This document shows, in pieces, positions 39,815 through 49,181 of a DNA stretch of 64,000 bases. The notes beneath the pieces were generated by a model. It saw nothing but the letters and a program-made list of their open reading frames with translations. It was not told the DNA's origin and searched no databases. Position numbers and translations under genes: made by a program. Source of the DNA: Acidobacteriota bacterium (GTDB taxonomy: Bacteria; Acidobacteriota; UBA6911; RPQK01; JAJDTT01); contig CBDCJH010000002.1 of the NCBI GenBank assembly GCA_965217775.1, forward strand, positions 6,112,001 through 6,176,000. The letters are read 5' to 3'. Every line of letters starts with the position of its first letter. Position 1 is the first letter of the stretch.

Positions 39815-40382
39815 TGACCATCTCCGTGCAGGTTTATTGAGTATTCCCTGATCATCAGAGCGAAGCCGTAACCGCCACCGGTCGGACCTCCGAAATACGA
39901 TTCGTGAAGGGACGCCGGACCAATCGCCCGCTGCGGACGAAGAGAAATGGCGCAACTGTAGGAACCAACGTAAGAACACATAGGCGGAATTGGAGCGATG
40001 ACCTTGCCCGAGAAAGGCCAGCGAATGCCAGACGATGGATTCCGGGGATTTCCACGAACGCCGTCCGCGGTGCACTGATTTCTGAGAAGGTTCATCTTCA
40101 GGTTTCTTCTGCAAAAATGTCCCAACAAACTGGAACTAATTTCTGCAAGTTTCTTTACCGTGGTCGACACAGCGGATGAAAGTTCCTTCGTTCCCATTCT
40201 CGCAACCAAAGACCTCATAATCTCCGGGCTAAGCGAAAAGGTAGTCGGCAATGGAATGGCAGCCATAACTAAGCACACATGGGCCACTCTACACCGATTC
40301 GGTTCGAGAATTGAAAACCGACCGGACCGTTGTGTGTAGTCGATGCTTGTCGCTGGCTGTACACGGTAGCGCCCCGGTGCGG

Positions 40383-41801
40383 TTACTTGACCAGCCGGGT
40401 GTTGGGAAACTGGGCTCGCCAGCCGAACCAGAAGGCGCGGTGTGCGGCCAAGCGGATGAGTTTATCGCCGTTCGGTCCCACCAGAGCGGTTTCCGTCGCC
40501 TCCCACTGCCGTCCCGAACTGTCCCGGACCTTGGAACTCCGATCCCACTTGGTGAACTTGATGCCTGTGGCGTCGTAGACCCGGTTGGCGCCCGACTTGT
40601 CGGTGAGGATGACCAATTCCTGCCCCGCCACTCGATCCTGGTGCAGCCGGCGCTTGCGCAGGAACCGCGTGTCGTAGGCGACCGCCTCCCCGTCCATGAG
40701 CAGGGCCACGACCTCCTGCTTGTTCTTCAAGCGCTTGTCCTGAAATGGGGTGGGGAACATGAGCCGGTCGGTGGCGAAATACTCCCTGTAGGCGGCGCCT
40801 TCCCCGTAGTCCCGCTCGTGGCCCGTGTCCAGGGACAGGACCTTGGTCTCCGGGTGCCGCCGCCGCCACTCCTTCCAGCGGGTGGTGACGATGGGCAGGC
40901 GTTTCAACTGCAGTCCGGAGCCCACCAGGGAGCCCATGACGGGAACCCCCTCCAGGGCCGACCAGAGGGTGTTGGTCTGGCGGTCGTACATCAGCTTGTT
41001 GGAGCGGTAGAGAAAGCCGCTGGTCCCGAAACTGAACTGGCGCTCTCCCACCTTCTGGTCGTAGAGGACCGCGGAGCCGCACAGGGTGCAGTAGGCGCAG
41101 GTGACGTCGATACCGCCGACACGATCGTTGAAGAGTTCATGCCAGGCCAGAATCCGTTTGGGATAGGCCTTGGCCTCGCCGTTCAGGTAGACGCCGAAGA
41201 CGATATGGCCGTTCTTGAGATAGTCCGCCTCCGCGGCGGAGATCATCTTGGGATATTCCAGGGGCGGAATGCCGTCCTTCTTCACGCCGCCCCAGACCAC
41301 CTCGTCGAGACGAATAGTGCGTGGGGTCCCGGGGACGAAGAAGCGGGCGAAACGTTTGTCGATAAAGGAGTAGAGAGTGGCTTTGAAGGTGGCGTACTCG
41401 GGATGTTCCTGCTCCTCCCGGCTCCAGATCCAGCGCCACCAGCGGTCCGTGTCAGCCGGCAGATTCTGGCCGGTCCCTTTGCGCAGCAGCCTCAGGACGT
41501 TCTGGCCGCGGACGTCTCCGGGGGGCAGCAGCATGAAGATCTCCACCAGCATGGGGGCGAATCCCGGATGCCAGTTGGCCTCCAGCCTCCGTGCGGCCGC
41601 CCGATGCACCTTGCGGTCGCGGTCGGCCAGATCGCCGACGGCGGCGGAAGGGGAGGAGTCCTTGGTCTCGGCGGCTTGGGCCAGGGCGCCAGGCGGGGTG
41701 CCGGCCAGCAGGAGCAAGACGGCCAGCGCAGGGATCTTCGTTCCCGTTTCCACTCGTTCCCCGGCTCTCGGCGGGATCGATCTTGTACGGATTGCGGCCA
41801 T
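40383..41801 (-). CDS. DUF3179-family exported protein
   Basis: GGV.KDGIP, AKAYP.RIL.WHE, YCTLCGS, FGTSGFLYRSNKLMYDRQT.TLW, FWFGW; alternative GTG start at 41753. Confidence 0.85.
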   Translation of the reverse strand: MAAIRTRSIPPRAGERVETGTKIPALAVLLLLAGTPPGALAQAAETKDSSPSAAVGDLADRDRKVHRAAARRLEANWHPGFAPMLVEIFMLLPPGDVRGQNVLRLLRKGTGQNLPADTDRWWRWIWSREEQEHPEYATFKATLYSFIDKRFARFFVPGTPRTIRLDEVVWGGVKKDGIPPLEYPKMISAAEADYLKNGHIVFGVYLNGEAKAYPKRILAWHELFNDRVGGIDVTCAYCTLCGSAVLYDQKVGERQFSFGTSGFLYRSNKLMYDRQTNTLWSALEGVPVMGSLVGSGLQLKRLPIVTTRWKEWRRRHPETKVLSLDTGHERDYGEGAAYREYFATDRLMFPTPFQDKRLKNKQEVVALLMDGEAVAYDTRFLRKRRLHQDRVAGQELVILTDKSGANRVYDATGIKFTKWDRSSKVRDSSGRQWEATETALVGPNGDKLIRLAAHRAFWFGWRAQFPNTRLVK

Positions 41802-41808
41802 TTCCGGT

Positions 41809-42330
41809 TCAGTAGGCGATTTGCGTCCCCTCCCGCAGTACCCAGAAGAGCCGTTGTGCCGCCGGTTCCTCCATCTCCAGTTGCAGGACCGACACCTCCC
41901 GAACCAGGGCTTGAAACTGGGCCAGGATCAGGCGCAGGCGCCGGCCGGAGCGCTTCTTCCAGGTCAAACCGGTCAAATCCGGAGGAGCGACGAACAAGAC
42001 CGAAGCGTTTGCCAACTCCACCGCATAAGTGGCGGGCATGGAGGCGACGCCTCGACGGGAGGCCAGCGGAACCGGTTTTCCCTGGGCAGCCCGGATTTCC
42101 TCCACGGGACGGGGAGGGACCAGTCTGGAAACCCGGGAGGAACGAGGAGGGGTGGAATCGCGGTTGGATCGGTGTATGGGGATCTCCTTGAGCAGGATTC
42201 CCCGCTGCAGGATCCGTGCCGAATGGGTGCCGATCTCCACGCGTGGGCCGGGCTTTTCCGAGAGCGCCCAACCAGGGGCTTGAATTCCCAGGAAAAGGAT
42301 CGCCAGAAGGAGTCGGTCGCCGCTCCCCAT
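41809..42330 (-). CDS. Exported protein resembling a catalytically dead L,D-transpeptidase domain
   Basis: TGATG coupling to the upstream ykuD-like gene; C-terminus parallels the YkuD tail but lacks HG..HGC. Confidence 0.55.
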   Translation of the reverse strand: MGSGDRLLLAILFLGIQAPGWALSEKPGPRVEIGTHSARILQRGILLKEIPIHRSNRDSTPPRSSRVSRLVPPRPVEEIRAAQGKPVPLASRRGVASMPATYAVELANASVLFVAPPDLTGLTWKKRSGRRLRLILAQFQALVREVSVLQLEMEEPAAQRLFWVLREGTQIAY

Positions 42331-42905
42331 CAGAAGATGAAAACCGGAGTCCCCAACGGGGCCAAGTCCACGAGCTTGTTCAGATCGGGTTCGGACAGAC
42401 GGATGCAACCGTGGGTCACGTTCTGTCCCAGAAGCCGGGTGTACAGCGTCCCGTGGATGTAGTAGCCGTCTCCGATTCCCAGGGCGAAACTTCCCAGTAC
42501 CCCGTATTCCATCCGATCGCCGTCTCGCGCGGGTAGGGGCTCACCTACTTCCACGAATGCCCAGTCCGGTTTGCGCCAGACCGGGAACTCGGTCACGTAC
42601 TCGATCTTGAATTCACCCCGGGGAGTATCGAAGGTCCACTCCCGGTCGCCGACGATCAGGCGATGTCCACTGCCGGTTGCGCACAGTGCATCGAGGAGGA
42701 CCCGCTGCCCGCGACGGACATAGAGGCGGTTTTCCGCCGTGTCGATGAGAATTATGCGCCCTCGCGGCGGGTTTTCCCCGGATTTGGAAAGATTCCGCTT
42801 TGCCGGGGCGGGGCTGGCGCCGTACGCTTCGAACCGGCTCTCGGGGCTGGAAAAGGCGGAAGCCCCCAAGATGACGGCGCCAAGCAGGAGAACGGCTCGG
42901 TTCAG
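42330..42905 (-). CDS. L,D-transpeptidase (YkuD family)
   Basis: ILIDTAENRLYV, TPRGEF, PVWRKPDW, IHGT...GQNVTHGCIRL; signal peptide complete only from the CTG at 42905. Confidence 0.92.
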   Translation of the reverse strand: MNRAVLLLGAVILGASAFSSPESRFEAYGASPAPAKRNLSKSGENPPRGRIILIDTAENRLYVRRGQRVLLDALCATGSGHRLIVGDREWTFDTPRGEFKIEYVTEFPVWRKPDWAFVEVGEPLPARDGDRMEYGVLGSFALGIGDGYYIHGTLYTRLLGQNVTHGCIRLSEPDLNKLVDLAPLGTPVFIF

Positions 42906-43501
42906 CGTCGCCTTCTCTGCTGAATGGCCCGTTCAATCTCGGAGCTGACTCCGTCCGCCTTCCGCTTGACTGCGCCGAATTGATTCAAGGCGTCCATGTA
43001 CTTGCCCGCTTCGTAGGCCTGCTGCGCGCCTGCCAGCATGGCTTCGGCCGAGGCCACGTCGCCCTCCAGGGCGGCCAAGCTCTCGCGGGCTCCCTTGCCC
43101 CATCGCGGCGCCTTGCGCAGCATGGCCTGGGCGTTTTTGATGGCGGCCTGAGCCGCTTCGTTGGCCGCCTCGGCCTGACCCTTGACCTTGATCTTGTTCT
43201 CACCGGCCGCCGCGGTTGCGGCTTCAGCCTCGGAGGTGGCCCGGCTCACAAGCTCTCTGGCCTGATCGTAGCTGCGGGTCAGGGCGAAACTTCCGTCCTG
43301 CACCGCGATCTCGGCTTCGGCCTCCTTCAGCGTCGCCGACGCCTTGCCGAACTCATCCGGCGCGTAGATTGCGGCCTCCGCGGCCCGCGCCGCGTCCAGA
43401 GCCTGGCGCGCCGCGTCGAGTTCCGATGCCGGCGGGCTGTCGCAACCCGTGAGAAGCACCAGCAATGCGGCGCAAGACGAGAACAGGAGAACTCTCCTCA
43501 T
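42902..43501 (-). CDS. Ala-rich coiled-coil lipoprotein (DUF4398-like)
   Basis: LLTGC lipobox; A..YAP.EF..A pattern; AGGAGG RBS. Confidence 0.8.
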   Translation of the reverse strand: MRRVLLFSSCAALLVLLTGCDSPPASELDAARQALDAARAAEAAIYAPDEFGKASATLKEAEAEIAVQDGSFALTRSYDQARELVSRATSEAEAATAAAGENKIKVKGQAEAANEAAQAAIKNAQAMLRKAPRWGKGARESLAALEGDVASAEAMLAGAQQAYEAGKYMDALNQFGAVKRKADGVSSEIERAIQQRRRR

Positions 43502-43659
43502 GTGACCTCCTTCAGACCGTTCCGAGTCTGTTCGTGAGAATGGGAAATACGCGTTGGGCAATAATTGGTCCATGTTAGCATGTTTGCCTCCGGACCTGGA
43601 ACCGGGGATTTCTTCGTGAATTCCCGAACTTGGCCGGAATCAGCCGGAGCAGGCATTCC

Positions 43660-44862
43660 ATGACCCAGCGACTCTATCACCAGGACTCCTTTCTCAAGAG
43701 TTTTCGGGGGCGCGTCACCGGTGTCGGCCGGTGGAAGGGGAAACCAGCCGTGGAGCTGGACCGGAGTTGTTTCTATCCCGCCTCCGGAGGGCAGCCTTCG
43801 GACCGCGGTCTCTTGGAGGGACTGCCGGTCGTAGATATGACGGACACAGGCGGCCGGCTGTTGCACGTGTTGGAGTGGGGGGACTTGGCGGAAGGTCAGG
43901 AGGTGGATGGCCGCCTCGACTGGGAGCGGCGCTTCGACCACATGCAGCAGCATACGGGCCAGCACATACTCTCCCAGGCCTTCATTCAGGTTTTGGATTG
44001 GGATACGGTCTCCTTTCACCTCGGGCGGGAGCTGTGCACCATAGATCTGACCGGAGACGCGCTGACCCCGGAACTGATCTACGAGGTGGAAGACGTGGCC
44101 AATCGCATCATCATCGAATGCCGGCCCGTCCGCGTGCATCTGGTTGACGCGCGCCGCCAGAGTGAGTTCCCCCTCCGCAAGCCCTCCAACCGCAAGGGCA
44201 CGTTGCGGATCGTTGAGATCTCCGATTTCGATTTCTCCGCCTGCGGTGGAACCCATTGCCGTTCGGCGGGGGAAGTCGGTCTCATCAAGATCCGCCGCTG
44301 GGAGCGGGCGAAGAAACGGGTGCGGATCGAGTTCTACTGCGGCGGAAGAGCCCTCCGGGACTACCGCTGGAAGAACCGGGCCGTCTATCGGCTCTCCCGC
44401 CTCTTTTCCCGGCCCGACCGGGAAGTGGTGGAGGCCGCCATGGAGCACCTGGAGCGGGAAGAAGGGTTGCGCAAGAAGCTGGTGGAGGTTCAGGATCGCT
44501 ACCTGGAAGCGGAGGCCGCCCGGCTGCTGGAAGGCACTCCGGAAGTGCGGGGGATTCGAGTGGTCCGGCGGGTCTTGACCGGGATCGATATGGGGGCGCT
44601 GCGGGAGCTGGGCCGCAAACTGGTCCAGGACGGGGAAAAGAGGTTGGCTCTTCTGGGGTTGGCAGGCGAATCTCCGGCTCTCGTCTTTGCCCGGTCGGAG
44701 GACCTGCCCTGGCACATGGGCGACTGGATTCGGAGAGCCGCACCCTTGATCGCGGGCCGAGGCGGCGGCAGTCCCCGCCACGCTCAGGCCCGGGGCTCAC
44801 GGTCCGAAGGATTGGAAGCGGCTCTCGATGACGCTTTGAACCACGTTCGCGAGGAGGACTGA
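43660..44862 (+). CDS. Alanyl-tRNA editing protein (AlaX-like with DHHA1 domain)
   Basis: FYPASGGQPSD, HMQQHTGQH, ACGGTH, GRGGG. Confidence 0.92.
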   Translation: MTQRLYHQDSFLKSFRGRVTGVGRWKGKPAVELDRSCFYPASGGQPSDRGLLEGLPVVDMTDTGGRLLHVLEWGDLAEGQEVDGRLDWERRFDHMQQHTGQHILSQAFIQVLDWDTVSFHLGRELCTIDLTGDALTPELIYEVEDVANRIIIECRPVRVHLVDARRQSEFPLRKPSNRKGTLRIVEISDFDFSACGGTHCRSAGEVGLIKIRRWERAKKRVRIEFYCGGRALRDYRWKNRAVYRLSRLFSRPDREVVEAAMEHLEREEGLRKKLVEVQDRYLEAEAARLLEGTPEVRGIRVVRRVLTGIDMGALRELGRKLVQDGEKRLALLGLAGESPALVFARSEDLPWHMGDWIRRAAPLIAGRGGGSPRHAQARGSRSEGLEAALDDALNHVREED

Positions 44863-46376
44863 TGCTCCGTTCCCGGATTCCCGCCTTTCTGATTCTCCCT
44901 GCGCTGCTCTGGTCCTGCTCCGAGCCGGGTCCCGTGTCTCCCGCCGTCCTGGAGATCGGATTGCAACCCCAGGTGCTGGTGGACGATTTCATCCTGGAGC
45001 GAACCGAGGCTCTCAGGCGACGCGTCAATCCCCTGGAAAAGCATGCGGCCAACCCGGTGTTGAGTTCTCGGCGGCCGTGGGAAGGACGGTCCGCCTTGCC
45101 GACCACCGTCCTCTTCGATGACGCGGACCGGCGCTTCAAGATGTGGTACCAGTGCCGGGACGAGCTTTCGAGTTCCCGCCGGAGCCGGGATCGCTGGGCC
45201 TACGCCGTTTCCAGCGACGGCATCACCTGGGAAAAACCAAACCTCGGACTCGCTTCCTTCGCCGGCTCCCGCCGTAACAATTTGATTCCCTATCCGGTCA
45301 GCCGGGTGTTACTGGATTTCACGGAGACCGATCCCGAACGCCGCTTCAAGGCCTTGGCATACGACCGGATCAACGAGGATGGACCGGCCGGCATCTTGGT
45401 CGGGTTTTCTCCCGACGGTCTTCGTTGGAGCCTGCAGTCGCCGAGTCCCCTCCTCGCCGAGACCAGGGGCCAAGGGACGCACGCCGGAATCGGCGACACT
45501 CATACGGTCTTGGGCTGGGATGAACGCTGGGACAGGTATGTTGCCTTCATGCGACCCAGCCGCCGTTTTCGGGACATCGGCCTCTCCCACAGCACCGACT
45601 TCACGGACTGGCGCCTTCCCACGCCGGTGCTGACCCCAGACCCAAACGATCCGCCGGGAACCCAATTCTGCGAGATGGGGGTGTTTCGGGATCGCGGCGT
45701 CTATTGGGGACTGCTCTCGGTCTACCATCCCAACTCGCTCATGGTGGACGTGCAGTTGGCCTTCAGCCGCGACGGGGTCGGCTGGCGACGCGTCGGGCGG
45801 CGGCATCCCATTCTCACTTACGGGCTTCCGGACCGGTTCGACTCCCATCAACTGAGGGCCCTCGATCCGCTGGTGGTGGGCGATGAAATTCGGGTCTACT
45901 ATGCCGCCGAGAACGAGCCGCATGCCCTCACTTCCCAGGACGCGACTCTCCTGACCCATGCCGTGGCCGCCGCGTCCGAGACACCCCCCGAGCAGGGTTG
46001 GGTCCGGAAGGGGCGCGGGTTCGGAGGTTTGGCCCGATGCCGGCGGGACGGATTCGTCTCGCTGGACAGCGGCTCGTCTCTGGGGTCCCTGCTGACCAAG
46101 CCCTTCACCTGCCGGGGAGACCGGATTCTGGTCAACGCAGACGCGGGTCGAGGGGAGATCCGGGTGGAGATACTGAATGCCGAGGGACGGCCTCTGGAGG
46201 GTTTCGCCGAGGCCGATGCAGATCCCATCCAGGGAGATTCCCTGCGCCACGTCGCTGGTTGGAGAGGCAATTCAGACCTTTCTTCTCTGACGGGCAGGGC
46301 CATCCGGCTCCGGATCCATATGACCAATTCCAAGCTTTACTCCTTCACCATCGGCGAATCCGGGAGGCCGGAATGA
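44862..46376 (+). CDS. Lipoprotein, five-bladed beta-propeller glycosidase-like
   Basis: Lipobox LWSC; FKMWY, SSDGITWEKPNLG, SRDG..W.R, RRDGFVS, LYSF. Confidence 0.75.
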   Translation: MLRSRIPAFLILPALLWSCSEPGPVSPAVLEIGLQPQVLVDDFILERTEALRRRVNPLEKHAANPVLSSRRPWEGRSALPTTVLFDDADRRFKMWYQCRDELSSSRRSRDRWAYAVSSDGITWEKPNLGLASFAGSRRNNLIPYPVSRVLLDFTETDPERRFKALAYDRINEDGPAGILVGFSPDGLRWSLQSPSPLLAETRGQGTHAGIGDTHTVLGWDERWDRYVAFMRPSRRFRDIGLSHSTDFTDWRLPTPVLTPDPNDPPGTQFCEMGVFRDRGVYWGLLSVYHPNSLMVDVQLAFSRDGVGWRRVGRRHPILTYGLPDRFDSHQLRALDPLVVGDEIRVYYAAENEPHALTSQDATLLTHAVAAASETPPEQGWVRKGRGFGGLARCRRDGFVSLDSGSSLGSLLTKPFTCRGDRILVNADAGRGEIRVEILNAEGRPLEGFAEADADPIQGDSLRHVAGWRGNSDLSSLTGRAIRLRIHMTNSKLYSFTIGESGRPE

Positions 46377-48124
46377 GACGATTCCTTCTACTCTGGATCC
46401 CCGGTGCGCTCCTCACTGTCTCCTGCGGCCAGGCGCCCACCGTGACCACGGGAGAGGCGACTCCCCTGGGTCTGGGCGCCCTGAGCCTGAACGGTGAGAT
46501 TCATCCCAATGGGATCTACACCACCTACCATTTCGAGTACGGACCGACGCCTTCGTTCGGATTCAAGACCCGGGAACGGCCGTTGCCGCCGCGCCTGGCG
46601 GCCCATTACCGGGAGACCTGGGATGAGGACACCGGGGGCTGGGGCAGTTGGACTCAGGAGCATATCCATCATCCCGAGGGAGGAGCTTCGGGGGGGTATA
46701 TCGAGTGGCGCGAGCCGGCGACCAACAACGATTTCAACCACATGGCCGCCGACGTGCTGCACCTGGTGAAATTCCTCCGGACCGGGCTGCTCCCCCAATG
46801 GAGACAGGAGGGCAACGCCACCCTGGGCGGAGCGGATCCCGATCTCCGGGATGCCCGCGTCTCCATCTGGGTCCGGGGAGACGGGTGGGAGCCCAGGGGC
46901 TCGGAGTTGACGTGGTGGCTGCAGAGCCAGAGCAACCCGGGAATGGGGGACCAGGTGGGTTGGCGGCGGGCCAACTGGGCCTACAGCGGCACCACCCTGA
47001 CCGACGAGCTCATGGACGGTGAGTGGCACCATGTCGTGTACCGCCTCGAGAACGACACCCACAAGTGGACCTACGGCGGAAAGAACATCGGCCAGGGCCG
47101 TGCGTCCGAGCGCTACGAGTACTGGTCCATCGAACAGGCCCTGGGGCACAACAACAATAATTTCTTTCACCTCCTGTCTTTCATAGATCCCCAGAACCTT
47201 CCGGTCGGCGCCCTTCACTTCGACGAGTTCGAGCTGACTTACCGCAACGAGTCCCTGCTCTTTGAAAGCAACGGCGGCCGCTTGATCCGTTGGCCGGACA
47301 GCGGTAACGACGACCCGTCCACCCTGACGGACGGGTGGCGCCACGGCGAGGGGAAGATGTGGCGCAGCGGGCAGGATCCGTCCGAGCCCTTGGAGTTCGT
47401 CTACGAGTTTCAGGATCCGGTGACCATCGAGACGGTTCAGGTGCACCAGAATCCCGAGTGGCCGAGCCGGGACCTGGAGATGTCGGTTTCGACGGACGGA
47501 GATTCGTTCACGCCGCTCAGCCTCTTGGCACTGCCCGAAACAGGCGTGCCCAATGCCAACTTCGCCTTCGACCTGGAGACCGGGCTCTCGGTACGGGCCG
47601 GATTTATGAAGGTCCGAGTGCTGTCCGGCTACCATTCGCGGCACTGGGGCCTGGGAGAGATCGAGGTCTTCGGAAGCGGCGCCAGAATGCTTCCCGACGA
47701 CGACCTCTACCACGTGAACCAGGATGTGTGGGACCTGCGGCCGGGCGCCACCATTCACTACCGGTTGGTGGCCACGGGAGCCGAAGGCGTCGCCCGGGGC
47801 GAGACCAGGAGCTTCACCCTTTCCCCGGATCGGCGGCCCCACGTCCGGGCGCTGGAGCCGCTTCGCTCGACTCCGGCCACCGCCCGGCTACAGGGGAGGC
47901 TGTCGCCCATGGGGCTTCTTACCTATTACCACTTCGAATACGGGCCCGATCCCGGGCTGGGAAGCAGGACTCCCCTGCGCTATGCCGGAGCCGAGATCAC
48001 CCCCCGGTCCATCTTCACCGACCTGGACGGGTTGCAGCCCAGAACCCGCTACCATTACCGGCTGGTGGGTATCAACGAAGAGGGCGTGGTCCGGAGCGAA
48101 ACCGTGTCGTTTCTGACGCGTTGA
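46373..48124 (+). CDS. Lipoprotein with FN3-like and discoidin-like domains
   Basis: Lipobox VSC; two T.YHFEYG / HYRLV repeats; GLGEIEVFG discoidin-type end. Confidence 0.7.
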   Translation: MRRFLLLWIPGALLTVSCGQAPTVTTGEATPLGLGALSLNGEIHPNGIYTTYHFEYGPTPSFGFKTRERPLPPRLAAHYRETWDEDTGGWGSWTQEHIHHPEGGASGGYIEWREPATNNDFNHMAADVLHLVKFLRTGLLPQWRQEGNATLGGADPDLRDARVSIWVRGDGWEPRGSELTWWLQSQSNPGMGDQVGWRRANWAYSGTTLTDELMDGEWHHVVYRLENDTHKWTYGGKNIGQGRASERYEYWSIEQALGHNNNNFFHLLSFIDPQNLPVGALHFDEFELTYRNESLLFESNGGRLIRWPDSGNDDPSTLTDGWRHGEGKMWRSGQDPSEPLEFVYEFQDPVTIETVQVHQNPEWPSRDLEMSVSTDGDSFTPLSLLALPETGVPNANFAFDLETGLSVRAGFMKVRVLSGYHSRHWGLGEIEVFGSGARMLPDDDLYHVNQDVWDLRPGATIHYRLVATGAEGVARGETRSFTLSPDRRPHVRALEPLRSTPATARLQGRLSPMGLLTYYHFEYGPDPGLGSRTPLRYAGAEITPRSIFTDLDGLQPRTRYHYRLVGINEEGVVRSETVSFLTR

Positions 48125-48227
48125 AGGGGAAGAGGCGGAAGAACGTGAAGTTTGGGGTTCCGAATTTCGTAATCCGGAGCCGTGTGATTCCTTCCGGCTG
48201 TCGGCTGCCTCAGGCGGGAGCCTCCCA

Positions 48228-49181
48228 ATGAACCCGGCTGAGTTCGTGGAGGCCCGGGAGCGACTGTCGACGGTTGCCCGGGTGACCCCACTGGTCCAGT
48301 CCAAGTTCGATCCCGGGCTCCACTTCAAGACCGAGAACCTCCAGGTGACCGGCTCCTTCAAGATCCGGGCCGCCTACAACCAGATGGTTCAGCTCGACCC
48401 GGAACAGCGGGATCGGGGCATCGTCACCTCCAGCTCCGGGAATTTCGCCCAGGCGGTGGCCTACGCCGCCAAGATGTTGGGCCTCTCGGCCAAGATCGTG
48501 ATGATGGAGAACTCCAACCCCATGAAGGTGTCGGGCACTCGGCGCTGGGGCGGCGAGGTGGTCTTCTGCGAGAGCCGCTTCGAGGCCCGGGACCGCACCG
48601 TAGAGCGGATCCGCGAGGAAGAGGGCCGCAGCACGGTGCACCCTTACGATCACTCTGCCGCCGTGGCGGGAAACGGCACCGCCGGACTGGAGATAGTGGA
48701 GCAACTGGACCAGGTCGAGAACGTCGTCGTTCCCATCAGCGGCGGCGGGCTCATCAGCGGAATCGCCATGGCCGTCAAGGAACGGAAACCTTCGGTCAAG
48801 GTGTGGGGCGTTCAACCGCGGGGCTCCAACGCCACGTATCTCTCCTTCCGGAAGCAGGAGCCGGTGGCCCTGGACCGGGCCGACACCGTGGCGGACGGCC
48901 TCACCGTCACCCGCCCCGGGAGCCTGACCTTCCCCCTGATTCTCCGCTATGTGGACGGCGTGGAAATGGTGGAGGAAGACTCGATCCTATACAGTGTGGG
49001 GCATCTCATGAGAGAGGAGAAATTGGTGGTGGAACCCTCCGGCGCCGTTCCCCTGGCCGCGATTCTGGAAGGCAAGGTCCCCCTGCGAAACACGGTTCTG
49101 GTTCTGAGCGGGGGAAACATGGGGCAGGAGATCATGAACCGGTCTCTCGGCCTCTTCTCCGAGGGAAGGAGTCCAAAATGA
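48228..49181 (+). CDS. PLP-dependent threonine/serine dehydratase
   Basis: KTENLQVTGSFKIR, SSGNFAQ, PISGGGLISG, VEPSGA, LSGGN. Confidence 0.93.
   Translation: MNPAEFVEARERLSTVARVTPLVQSKFDPGLHFKTENLQVTGSFKIRAAYNQMVQLDPEQRDRGIVTSSSGNFAQAVAYAAKMLGLSAKIVMMENSNPMKVSGTRRWGGEVVFCESRFEARDRTVERIREEEGRSTVHPYDHSAAVAGNGTAGLEIVEQLDQVENVVVPISGGGLISGIAMAVKERKPSVKVWGVQPRGSNATYLSFRKQEPVALDRADTVADGLTVTRPGSLTFPLILRYVDGVEMVEEDSILYSVGHLMREEKLVVEPSGAVPLAAILEGKVPLRNTVLVLSGGNMGQEIMNRSLGLFSEGRSPK

Noticed and set aside
39840-40300. ORF 39811-40287 and a short imperfect repeat (TAAGAACACATAGG / TAAGCACACATGGG) upstream of the SIR2 gene
   Set aside because: No recognisable protein motif, and the repeat is too short to call an att site.
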